From Chiloscyllium plagiosum (lineage: Eukaryota), in the NCBI RefSeq assembly GCF_004010195.1, contig NC_057754.1:9381524-9445523 (forward strand): a stretch of 64,000 nucleotides of DNA. The letters are read 5' to 3'. The notes under the pieces are model-generated. The model saw only the letters and a list, made by a program, of their open reading frames with translations, was not told where the DNA came from and did not search any database. Below, piece by piece: positions 49,771 through 61,850 of the stretch; the stretch's first letter is position 1; each line of letters opens with the position of its first letter. Position numbers and translations under genes: made by a program.

Positions 49771-52700
49771 CTGGGACTCCACTTTCAGGAACCATGAAAC
49801 TGCACTCCAAAGTCTCTTTGTTCAGCAACACTCCTCAGGACCTTGTCATTAAGTATATAAGTCCTCCCCTGACCTGCCTTTCCAAAATGCAGCAAGTCAC
49901 ATTCATCTAAAGTAAACTCCATTTGGCACACTTGGCCCTTCTGATCAAGATCCCAATGCACTTCTTCGCTGTCCACTGCACCACCAGTTTTGGTGTCAGC
50001 TGAAAACTGTTTAAGCATAACTCCTACTTTTACATCCAAATCATTTATATAGATGACAAAAAGCAGTGGATCCAGTACTGATCTTTGTGGCACACGACTA
50101 GTCACAGGCTTCCAGTTTGAAAAGTGACCCTCTATCACCACCCTATGTCTCTTATCTCTGAGCCAGTTCTGTAACCAAATGGCTAGTTCTCCCTGTATTC
50201 CATGTGATTTGACCTTGTTAACCATGAAACACGTTACAGAAGTCTATGTAGATCATGCCCACCGCTCTACCTTCATCGATCCATTTCATCACTTCTTCAA
50301 AAACTCAATCAAGTTCGTGAGACATGATTCCCCACACACAAAGCCATGTTGACTGTCCCTAATCAGTCCTTGCCTTTCCAAATACATGTAAATCTTGTTC
50401 CTCAGGATCCGCTCTAACAACTTTGAGTCATAGAAATGCACAATGCAGAAAAAGACCTTTCGGTCCAACTCATCAGACATCCTAAATTAATCTAGTCCTG
50501 TTTGACACCATTTGGCCCATTTCCCTCTAAACCATTCTTATTCATATACCCATCCAGATGTCTTTTCAATGTCATACTTGTACTAGCCTCCACCATTTCC
50601 TCTGACAGCTCATTCCATACACTCACCACTTTGCATGAAAAAGTTGCCCCTTCAGTCCCTTTTAAATCTTTCCCCTCACCTTAAACCTATGCTCTCTAGT
50701 TTTGGACTCTGCACCCGGGGCAAAGAATTTGTTGATTTACCCTATCCATGCTCCTCATGATTTTATAAACCTCTATAAGATCACCCCTCAGCCTTTGACA
50801 CTCCAGGGAAAACAGCTCCAGCCTATTCAGCCTCTTCCTTTCGCTCAAACCCTCCAAACCTGGCAACATCCTTGTAAATCTTTTTCGAACCCTTTCAAGT
50901 TTCACAACATCCTTTCTATAGCAGGGAGACCAGAACTGTATCCAGTATTCCAAAAGTGGCCTAACCTGCGCACTACTGATTTCAGCCTCACAGTTTATCT
51001 AAAACCTGAAAAAACTGGAAATCAGAAATGATAACAGATATTGCTGAAAAGCTCAGCAGGTCTGGCAGCATCTGTGGTGAGTAATCAACATTAACGTTTC
51101 ATATTGTTCTGATGAGGGGTCACTTGATCTGAAACGTTAACTCTGATTTCTTTCCACAGATGCTGCCAGACCTGCCAAGCTTTTCCAGCAATTTCTGTTT
51201 TTGTGACCTATCTATAGTTCCCTGGCTTTTCCTTACCACCTTTCTTAAATAGTGGCACCGTGTTAACTAACCTCCAAAACATCCGGCACCTCACCTGTGG
51301 CTGTCAATGATACAAATATTTCAGCAAGGGGCCCAGCAACCACAAGTTCTCGAGTATACCTGATCAAGTTCCGGGAATTTATCCACCTTTATGCGTTTTA
51401 AGATGTTCAGCACCTCCGCCTCTGTAATATGGCCTTTTTCCAACATGTCATTATTTACTTCCCCAAATTCTCTAGCTTCCATATCCTTCTCCACAGTAAA
51501 CACTGACGCAAAATAATTAGAGACAGTGACCATGGCTTTGTGCAGGGCAGGTTTGGTCTTACTAACTTGACTGAATTTTTTTGAGGAGGTGACAAAAGTG
51601 ATCGATGAGGGTACAGCAGTAGATTATGTTACATGCATTTTAGTAAGGCTTTCACAAGGTTCCTAATGATAGGCTCATCCATAAATTTAAGATACATGGG
51701 ATCCACGGTTACGTGGCTGTTTGTGATTGAGAATTGGTTTGCCCATAAAAGACAGAAGATAGTGGTGGAAATGTGTTTTTCTGACTGGAGGTCTGTGACT
51801 GGTGGTGTTCCACAGGGATCCGTACAGGGGCCTCTGCTGTTTGTGATATATATAAATGACTTAGATGAAAACATAGATGCGTGGATTAGTACGTTTGCAG
51901 ACAATACAAACATCAGTGGAGTTGTGGACAGTGTAGAAACTTGTTAAAGGATTCAGTGGGATATAGATCAGTTGCAGATATGGGCGGAAAAATGGCAGTT
52001 GGAATCTAATCCAGTTAAGTCTTACGTACTGTAGGTTGGGAGATCAAATGTTAAGGAAATATACAGTTAATGGCAGGACACTAAACAGCATTAATGTACA
52101 GAAGGATCTTGGGGTTCAAATCCATAACTCTCTAAAAGAGAGTACAGAAGGTAAAGAAGACGTACATAGCATGCTTTCCTTTACTTGAGTACAAGAGTCA
52201 GGAGGTCACGTGCAGCTTTATAGGACTTTGGTTCGGCCACACTTAAGAGTACTGTGTTCAATTCTGGTTGCCGCAGTACAGGAAGGATGTGGAGGTTTTG
52301 GAGAGGGCGCAGAGGAGGTTTACCAGGGTGCTGCCTGGATTAGAGTATGAGCTATAACGAGAGGCTAGAGAATCTCAGATTGTTTTCTTTTGAGAGGCAG
52401 AGGTTGAGGGGAGACAATAGAAGTTTATAAAATTATGAGATACATAGATATGGTTGATGGTCAGAATCCTTTGCTGAGTTGAAATGTATCATATACATTG
52501 AAATGTGTAATGGGGGCACGCATTGAAAGAAAGGGGGAAAGTTCAAAGAAGATGTGAAGGGCAGGCGTTTTTACACAGAGAGTGGTAGGAGTCTGGAATG
52601 GTGGTGGAGGAGGCAGATACAATAGGGGCCTTTAAGGGACTTGTAGATAAGCACATGAATATGGAAGGAATGGAGGGTTTTGGACCAATGGCAGGCAGAA

Positions 52701-53640
52701 CAGATCAGTTTCATTTGGCATCATGTTCGACACAAAATCGTGGGCCAGTTCCTGTGCCGTACAGTTCGGTATCCTAAAATACTCACTTAGTATCTCCCCC
52801 CACTTCCACACATTGGTGGTCTTGCTGATCTTTAAGATGCCCTGATCTCTGCCTTGTTTCTCTGTTTTCCTTAATGTATTTGTAGAATCCCTTTGGATTC
52901 TCCTTAACCGTGTTGGCCAAAGCTATCTCATGTCCCTTTTTGCCCTCCTGATTTCCCTATTAAGTATACTCCTACTGCCTTTATACTCTTCTTGGGATTC
53001 ACTCAACCTCTGCTGTCGAGACTTGACATATGCTTCCTTCTTTCTCTTAACCAAACCCTCACTTTCTCTAGTCATCCATCATTCCCTATACCCACCAGCC
53101 TTGCCCTTCACCTGAACTGCAACATATTGTTTCTGGACTCTCGGTATCTCATCTTTGAAGGCTTCTCACTATTCAGCCCTTCATGTGCAAATATCCACCT
53201 CCTACCAATTTTTAAAAGCTCTTTCTCAATACCGTTAAAATTGGCCTTCCTCCAATTTAGAACATTAACTTTTAGATCCAGTCTATCCTTTTCCATTACT
53301 ATTTTAAAATGAATAGAATAATGAGCACAGGCCCAAAGCCTCATTGACACCACAGTCACCTGCCGTGCCTTATTTCCCAAGAGTAGATCGAGTTTTGCTC
53401 CCTGTCTAGTAAGTTCATCCACATATTGAATCAGAAAATTTTCTTGTAAGCTCTGAACAAATTCCTCTCCATCAGTCCCAGTCTAGTTTGGAAAGTTAAA
53501 ATCCCCTACCATCACCACTCTATTGTCCTTACAGATACCTGAGGTTTTCTTACAAATTTGCTTCTCAGTTGCTTGATGAATATTTGAGGGAGGGTGTCTA
53601 TAGTACAATCCCAATAAGGTGATCATCCCTTTCTTATTTC
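49770..53640. mobile_element. Stack of nested CR1/HER1 fragments (both strands)
   Basis: ORFs 49785..50225, 50696..50953, 51633..51947, 53108..53422 and 53483..53668 carry RT or endonuclease motifs. Confidence 0.85.
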
Positions 53641-53654
53641 TGGAGCACTGTGTG

Positions 53655-53887
53655 CGAAATAACTCCACCGAGGCTTGTTCCCCGTCACCAAGTCACCCTT
53701 TATTGACACACGAACAGTCCTTGACTGTAGTCCTGCCTCAAGCAGAGTCAGGCACCGGAGTGACAATATCTCTGACACGCAAACTTTTTGTGTCAGTTAG
53801 GGCTCCTTGATTGAACCAGAGTACCAGCGCCGATCAGGGAACCCATTCTGTAATGAACTGGTGGCTGACCTCATTACAATCACTGCA
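53655..53887 (-). mobile_element. Solo LTR inserted in a CR1 fragment
   Basis: Interrupts the CR1 GGAGCACTGTGTG|CAGTTCTGG motif; 5-bp TSD GTGTG/GCGTG; minus strand starts TG and has AATAAA near its end. Confidence 0.65.
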
Positions 53888-54631
53888 GCGTGCAGTTCTG
53901 GTCACCACACTATAAGAAGGATGTGATTGCAATGAAGGACATTCACCAGAATGTTGCCAGGGATGGAATATTTCAGCCATGAAGAGAGGCTGGATAAGCT
54001 CAGGTTTGGAGCAGGGGAGGGGAACCTGATGGAGATGAATAAGAGGATGAGGAGTATGAACAGGATGAATAGAAAACAGCTGTTCCCCTTCATTGAAGGG
54101 GCAACAACAATGGGCATACTTTTAAAGTGAAAGGCAGCAGGATTAGAAGGGATTTGAGGAAAATCTTTTTCACCTAAAGAGCGGTGGGGGTCTGGAATGC
54201 GCTTGAGGTGGGAAACCTTACAATCTTTAAATAGTACTTGTATGAACTCTTGAAGCATCCTGACATGCACAGCTCTGGGTCCAATGCAGGTAAGTGGGAC
54301 TAATGCAGGTGGTTGTATGCTTCTGACAGCGCAGATCTGATGGACTGAAGGGCCTCTTCTCTACTGTATGATTCAATGAGGTGAGGGTCCTGGAGAGGGT
54401 GCAGAGGAGATTTATTGGAATGGGTTGGGGGCTGAGGAATTTTGGTTGCAAATTTAAATTGGAGAAACCGTGGTTATTCTATTTGCAGCAAGGGACTGTG
54501 GCAAAGTTCAAATAGGTTTAGATAAGGAGATAAAGAAAAGCTGATCCTATTAGCTGATTGTAAGAGGAGAGTGGAATATGAGGAAGGAGTGGTATGCAGT
54601 GTGTGACCATAAGCTAATATTCAATGCTTAC

Positions 54632-54734
54632 ACTGAAAATCTGGTAACACCCAGTTCCTAATGAAGTGACTAACTCAGATCTTGATTTGACGTTTAATTT
54701 TCAGTTTCCTTTCTGAAAATCCTCTTCCAGTATC
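54632..54734 (-). other. Putative non-coding internal exon (ZNF leader module)
   Basis: Acceptor TCTCTTTTGCAG| and donor |GTAAGC; homologous to the leader at the start of each ZNF coding exon. Confidence 0.5.
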
Positions 54735-55064
54735 CTGCAAAAGAGATTCACAAAAACCATCACTACCAGGCCAGGACAGAAATTCAGAAGGGTCAAATAT
54801 TTCTTTGGGTTTGAGTTTGTTGTATATAAATCCTCCCATTCTGACACCCCCAGAGGAAGACCGTTGAACCTCTAACCCTGTCACTCTAGGAGAAAAATGG
54901 ACAAAACTCTCTTCTCCTGTATCCTCATCCAGATGGCCATACATGTATTCTGTTCCGCATTTCCTCTTTTTATCATCAGCTGTTCCGGGTCATGATGTTT
55001 TTCTGCTGTGGATCTTCATATTACTGATCACAGCTCAGTTCATTCAGGCAGAACACTGGCTGGC

Positions 55065-55580
55065 ATTATTGCCTCACAGTGCCTGGGAGCTGGGGTTGAT
55101 TCCGCTGTCGGGGGAGAAAGTGAGGACTGCAGATGCTGGAGATCAGAGCTGAAAAATGTGTTGCTGGAAAAGCGCAGCAGGTGAGGCAGCTTCCGAGGAG
55201 CAGGAGAATTGACGTTTCGGGCATGAGCCCTTCTTCAGAAGAAGGGCTCATGCCCGAAACATCGATTCTCCTGCTCCTTGGATGCTGCCTCACCTGCTGC
55301 GTTGATTCCACTGTTGGGCAACTATCTGTGTGGTGCTTGCACATTCTCTCTGCATATGCATGGGGGTTTCCTCTGAGTGCTCCAATTCCACCCCCCCCCC
55401 CCCGAGTCCAAAATCGTGCACTGGTCATGCCAAATTGCTCATAGTGTCCAGAGTTGTGCAGACTGGCGGGCGGGGGCGGCGCCATCGTAAATGCAGGGTA
55501 GGGGTTGGGATGGTCTTTGGAGGGTCGGTGTGGATGCCATGGGCCGAATGGCCTGCTTCCAAGGTGTAGGCATTCAATGA
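55065..55580 (+). mobile_element. HE1-type SINE interrupted by a palindromic Penelope-terminus insert (55113-55300)
   Basis: TSD GTTGATTCC(G/A)CTGT(C/T)GGG at 55095-55112 and 55301-55318. Confidence 0.85.
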
Positions 55581-55639
55581 CACAGGGAAACCAGAGATCA
55601 TGATTTGCCTCTCTTTGCTTCTCTACCGACGCTCTGCTT

Positions 55640-56105
55640 CATCAGCAATACACTGCGTCTCGAGGACTTATGCAGCTTCGTGGACAAATTGTGGCCATTC
55701 TGAAACTGCACCTTGGAATGTCAAAGTCATTGAAACAATTGCCCCGCAAAAAGATGGCGGCCGCGCATCCTTCCCGGCATACATTGCTCCCAACAAAAAT
55801 GGCGGCCGTTAGCTCGGGCCTAACGCTGGAAGCCGCGGCCTCACTCTGTGTAAACAAGTGGACCAGAAAACCTACTCCGAGGGGGGCTGGGACTTACGCA
55901 ACATGTTTAATAAACCTCCCCATCCATCAAGCGGGTCCATCGCTCCCTCGGCACCGCCTTTTTTTTCTCATCGTTTACGGAGCCGACATTAGAGCTTTCA
56001 CCTATCGCCCGCGATCACTCCGCGCATGCTCCGTACACGCCAACACAGTGCGCACGCGCCCCTGCCGTTGGGTCCAACCAAGAGCTGGGAATGCTGGGTA
56101 ACAGA
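55640..56105. promoter_or_regulatory. CpG-island promoter, probably bidirectional
   Basis: Most CpG-rich non-repeat stretch by eye; two YY1 motifs (AAGATGGCGGCC 55751-55762; AAAATGGCGGCC 55796-55807); NRF1-like CGCGCATGC (56021) and TGCGCACGCGC (56049); minus-strand donor GTAAGT at 55897-55892. Confidence 0.75.
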
Positions 56106-57327
56106 GAACATGAGGCACTGGAGATAACAAGAGGGTCATGCATGGGGAGACAGCAAGCCAACGTTTCTAGTCTAGGTGACTCTTCATCAGAGCTGGAGAG
56201 AAGTGTGGAGGGTGGTGCTGGGGGAAAAAAAAAGATGTTGATAATGGCAGCACAATGATGGGTCCAACTGCTAGATTGGAAAGGGCAGGCAGCCCCACTA
56301 GAGTGGGGAATGGGCGAGGGGACATGGTGCCAGGGAATATAACCAGTAAAGCTAAAAGAAAGTGCATGAGTGGGTTCACAATGAAGGTGTTGAACTCAAT
56401 GTTGAGCCCAGAAGTTTGTAAAGTGCCTAGTTTGAAGATGAAATGTTGCTCCTCAAGTGGTGCTGTAATTTGTTGGAGCATTGTACTATGCCAAGGACAG
56501 ATAATTTAGGCATGCAAGCACGATGCTGTGTCAAAACGACTATTTAGTGGAAGGTTGGGGTCATGCTTGGTGCATGGGCCGGAGATATTCTGCAAAGTGG
56601 TCACCCAGTCTGTTTGATTTCTCCAATGTAGAGTAGGCCACATTGGCTGCAGAACATACAATACACAAGTTTGGAGGAGGTACAGATGAAATGTTGCTTC
56701 ACCTGGAAAGACTGTTTAGGTCCTTGAATGGGGAGTAAGGAGGAGGTGAAGGTGCGGGTGTGGTTACATGAGAAGGTGCTGTGGGAAGGGTGGGGCACAG
56801 AAGTTAATGTTGGTGATTGAAGAATGAACCCATTCCTTTGCTTACTTTTAGCTTTTCTTGTTACTTTCTCTGTCACCATGTCTCCACCTCCAGTAAGACT
56901 GCCAGTACTTTCCATTCTGGCAGTTGGACACACCATTGTTCTGCCCTTCTCGCATTCTGATCACTTAAGCTGAACTAACAACATCCTTTTCCCCCAGCAG
57001 TCCAACCCTGCCCTCCCCACTATTGCGTAAGTGCTGCTCCCTCCACCTCTGATGAAGAATTATCTAGACTCAAAACATTAGCTTGCTTTCTCTCCATGAA
57101 TGCTGCCTCTAACAACATCCTTTTCCCCCAGCACTCCAATCCTGCCCTCCCCACTATTGTGTAAGTGCTGCTCCCTCCACACTGCCCTTCAGCTCTGATG
57201 AAGAATTATCTAGACTCAAAACATTAGCTTGCTTTCTCTCCATGAATGCTGCCTGACCCGCTGCGATCTCCAGGTCAATTTGTTTCCAATATAGATTGAA
57301 GCATCGGCAGTAATTTGCTCCTACCTC
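56106..57327. mobile_element. Penelope-like insert with inverted arms and 14-bp TSD
   Basis: TSD TGCTGGGTAACAGA at 56092-56105 and 57328-57341; minus-strand GIY-YIG remnant (HFICTS..LVYC..CSQCGLLYIGE; EQHFIFKLGTL..GLN); 56165-56380 is inverted relative to ~56826-57200. Confidence 0.85.
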
Positions 57328-57396
57328 TGCTGGGTAACAGACCTGGCACTGAAGACTTGATGTCTTGTAACGTGATTTATTTTTGTTGTATTTCAG

Positions 57397-57480
57397 TACA
57401 GACAGAGGAAGAGAAAGCTAAATGAAAAAACTAGGCATCAAATTTTACTGGAAGCTGTCAGCAGGGCGACAATACATCAG
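57397..57480 (+). other. Putative 84-nt internal exon of the plus-strand ZNF pseudogene
   Basis: Acceptor TTTTTGTTGTATTTCAG| and donor CAG|GTGAGC. Confidence 0.4.
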
Positions 57481-58189
57481 GTGAGCCACGCACACCTCCT
57501 TTGTATTGAAAATCCTTATTATGAATATACATATATAAACAGTGCAACATCCTGGGGATTACAACTGACCAAAAACTGTTTGCATCAGCCATATAGATAC
57601 TGTGGCTACAAAAGTAGGTCAGAAGCTCAGATATTTCGGGGTTAATAAATCACCTCCTGTCTCCTAATACCCATCCATCATCATCAAGGCAACTATGTGA
57701 TCAAATATTCTCTGCTCATCTTGAACAATGCAGCTCCAACAGCACTCAAGACGACACCATCCAGAACAAAATATGGATGGATTGCCAATCCCTCGATTCC
57801 CTTCAACACCAATGCACAGTAGCAGCACATTTTAGCATGTACAAGATGTACTGTAATAACTCACTGAGGCTCTTAAAACACACCTAAACCCACAACCACC
57901 ACCACCTAGACAGAGTTCCATAGGTTCAAGATAGTGTCACTACCTGAAGTACCTGTCCAAGCCATACACCATTCTGACTGAGAACGATATCACTCACCCT
58001 TCACTGACACTGAGTCAACATCTTGGTATTCTCTTTCTCACAGCACTAACCCTAATTACCCAATCCACCCTCCTAGTGCTGTACATCTCGATTATTCAGA
58101 TTCATTCAGCTAAATTTTACAATTTGCCTTTGTGTTTTTATGAAATCTTTCTCACTTTTTTTTCCTGTTTTAAATCAATTTTACAAACC

Positions 58190-58940
58190 AAGTAATTGGG
58201 AGGATTTTCAGTTGTGAAAGTCAAGTCATCAGGATTTGATGAAGTGTCTAATCTGAATAGCGTAGCATTTTAAAACTGTAAGAAAACAGCCAGTTCACAA
58301 GTCTCATCACACTGAGGAGACACCCAGACATTTGGGGACTGAGAAGGGATCAAGTTACTCATCAAAGCTGGAAATGCACTGATGTGCACACACTGTGAAT
58401 AAGCCATTCAGCTGTTGAGTGTAGGAAGTGATTCATTCAATTATCCATCCTGCTGACCCACCAACGACGCCTACCTGGGGACAAATCATTCAACTGTTTA
58501 GTGTAGAGGAGGGAATTTCCTCATTGATCCCACCTGCAGACACACAAAATGATAATGAAGAGATGCTGTTCACTTTGAGCGTGGGGAGGAATTCATTGTC
58601 AGATAAACTGCTTGAAACATGAGCGTTTATACTGGTAAAATATCTCTTGAGTGCCCAGACTGTGGGAAATGCTATGCAGGTTCTGAGGACCGGATGTCTC
58701 GTCAATGTGTTCTCGTTGTGGTACTGAGTTCAGGTGACAATTGCTACTCACCGCAGGCTGGCACGCTCACAATAGGGAGAAGTAGTTCACTTTGCTCATG
58801 CATGGAAACAGATTCATTTAGCCATCCATTTGCCTTAAACACCACTGAAATCATACCAGGGAGAGATCACTGATATGCCTAGAACGCGGCAAATGCTTTA
58901 AAGGTTCCAGGGAACTGATGTCCCATCAACATATTCAGAT
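58190..58940 (+). pseudogene. C2H2 zinc-finger pseudogene
   Basis: Frameshifted, stop-ridden fingers colinear with the 36034/40478 genes (SYSSKLE.H, ECPDCGKCY.GSED.MS, KCFKGSRELMSHQHI). Confidence 0.8.
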
Positions 58941-59029
58941 TTGTTCAGGGGCTGTCATGAGGGACTGTGTCAGCAATGGACGGCCCATATACAAACCATT
59001 CCATCGGACAGAGACTCGTGAGCAGTTAG

Positions 59030-59980
59030 GAAATTATAAGAAACAGTGATGAATGATCAACAGATATTTTTTTACACGGTGGAAGGTTTGAGTTGGAGTT
59101 CCTCTGTGGTTGGCGTCGAGACCCTTTCCTGACATGTTAATAATCTGAAATTTTGTCCAATGCACAATTTCATACTTTGCAGACAGTAGGAGACTTGGGA
59201 GAATAGTAAGCTCCGAGGATGGTGAACAACCTGAAAATAATACTGATAAATTGAAGGAGTTGAAGTTCAGAAAGAACATGGACAGTACAAAATCAAGGGT
59301 AAGTACTCTACAGGGAGCATTAGCAGAGGGTCCTAGATGTAAATGTGCATCAATCATTAAAGATGGCAGCACAGATAAGGAGAGCCATTAATGAAGCTTA
59401 TGGTATCCTAGGTTTTGTTATTCGCAGTATAGATTAGAAGAGGTTATGTAGAGCTTATGTAAGGCACAACTGCAACCTCAGTTGGAGTATTATGTACAGG
59501 TCTGGGTGCCCACTTCAGGAAGAATAAGAACTCATCGTAAAAAGTGCAGAAGAGCTTTACAGGAATGGTTTCAAGGATGAGGAATTTGTTATAAAGACAA
59601 TGTCAAGAAATTGGGACAGAAGGTTAAGAGGTTTGGTTGAAGTTTTCAAAATCAAGAGGGTCTGGATGGAAACGGTTTCTGTTTAGACGTGGATTGAGAA
59701 CTGAAGGGCATAACTTGAAAGTGAAATGCAAAGGGATAGAAACCTTGTTCACAGCTGATAGTTAAGGTCTGGAATGCACTGCCTGGAAGTGCGGCAGTGT
59801 CAACTTTAACCAAGACATTCAAGAGGGGGAAATCAGATAATTATACGAATAGCATTAATGTGCAGGGCTCAGTGGACAGGCAAGAAAATGACACTGTTGT
59901 GTTGTTCCTTTGGACAGCCCTGTGCAGATACAATGGGCGGACTGATCTCCGAATGCATCGCAACAATTGAGATTCTGTTT
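59030..59980 (+). mobile_element. Old CR1 LINE remnant
   Basis: GVP.....P.F and QPQLEYYVQ.W.P motifs. Confidence 0.65.
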
Positions 59981-61850
59981 TTATCTTTCAATGCAATCTA
60001 CTGCCGGGCTCTTCAGTCCACACAGCCTGATCAGATTCACCACATAGATCAGTCATATTGTGATGGATGGCAAGCCTGTTACAAAGCAGGAATCAGAAAG
60101 TAGTTACTCAAGGAAGTAAAAGATTGGAAAGTGGTGTTCCACAGGGAAAAAAAATGAACGCTCAGTTATTGACAATTTACATGAGAATGAGCATCAGAAA
60201 TATAAACCCCAATTTTACAGCGTGGGAACAGAATTTCAGTAAAATCATAAACAGAAATTTAAAATGTGGTAGCACAGTTCATTACATCTTTAATTCAATT
60301 GCTAACTGAACAAATCACAAAGAAGTGATAAACTGCTTTATTTATTAATTGATTATTATATTTAGAGGTAAAGTTAACACTGAGGAGGACTACTATAAAG
60401 TCCTGGTTACTGACATGTACACATCAATACAGTGAGGAATTCTTGGTAACATGCTGCAGATCCCAATTTATTTGGTGATCAAACATCCATTGTATCATTG
60501 CACCAGCATTTAAAGCTCCTGTGAACTCTTCAATTTGCTATTAATATGCATTGATTGGATAAGAAAAATGGATCATTCATGAGATATGGGCATCGCTGGC
60601 TAGGCTGGTACTTAATGCCCAGCCCTACTTGGCCAGCAGATGGTAGATGAAGTGGTAGAGGTGAGTATAATTATAAATTTAAAAGACATTTGGACAGGTT
60701 CATGAATAGGCAAGGTTTAAGAGATGTGGGCCAAACACAGACAAACAGGACTAGACAGCTTCAATTTAGGAAACTTGGTCGGCTTGGACAAGTTGGACCG
60801 AAGAGTCATAGAGCAACAGACCCCATGGTGATGTTAAGCTACCTTCTTGAAACGCTGCAGGTCATATGGTGTAGGGACACTCACAACGCTGATTGAGGGG
60901 GTGGAGTTCCAGGAGTTTGACCCAGCACAGTGAAGGAACAGCAATTTACTTCCAAGGCAGGATGGGCGAGTGTCTCATGGGGGAACTTGCTGGTGCAGAT
61001 GTTACCATGTATCTGTTACCGTTGCCCTTCTAAAAGGTAACAGTTGCAGGTTTGGAGGTGAGTTACTCACTGTCGAATTGCCAATCTCTGACCTATTATT
61101 GCTTAATGTGAAAAGCACTATATAAATACAAGCAGTTGTTGATGCGGGTTTAAAACAGTTGCCTCAGGACTGTCACAAAAACACATCAAAAACTTCGCCG
61201 ATGATCGTCCTCATTTTTAAAGGTGGAAACGTAATCCTGCCGTTTCAGTTTAGTCAGGAACACTGCACAGCTTTACACCAATCTCTGATTTAACAGAATG
61301 TGTCCACTATTCCTGTTTAGAAACACTGCTATAATAGAGCTTCTCCTCTATTGTGTGGAGGTCGGAATGATGATAGTTACAAAACAGAAATCAGAGGCTG
61401 GATTCACAGGGGCTTTGGAACAGTCTTTCCATCCGTTGATGCTCTGTGGCTTTTCACATCACACAGCCTGACCTTGGTAAACGTGAAAATATATTGTACA
61501 GAAGCAACTGTCACATATTGCTTACACACCTTCAAATTAATCCACAAAGGGGTCTTTGTTGCAGTGAAGAGATGAAAAAGACTAAAATACCGTCCCTCCC
61601 AGAGTGACTCTGAAGGACAATGGCCAGGCTGATACTCTGTTCCTGTTCTACATTCTTTTCCGAGCTCCCACGCAGGTGGGAGAGAGAAAACAAATTACAA
61701 CAATGCGTTTGATATTTATCTAGAATAATAAGCAGCAAACTGTTTATCTTGTTTTCAAAATCAGTATAAAGAAACCAACTTGTCAGAATGAAAGAATTCA
61801 ATCCTTAACATGGGCAACAGTAACAATAGCTGCTGAAACCACCCCTGTCA

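Noticed and set aside
55670-56101. 143-aa ORF in the CpG island
   Set aside because: No recognisable domain; expected by chance in GC-rich DNA. Its ATGGCGGC sequences are better explained as YY1 motifs.
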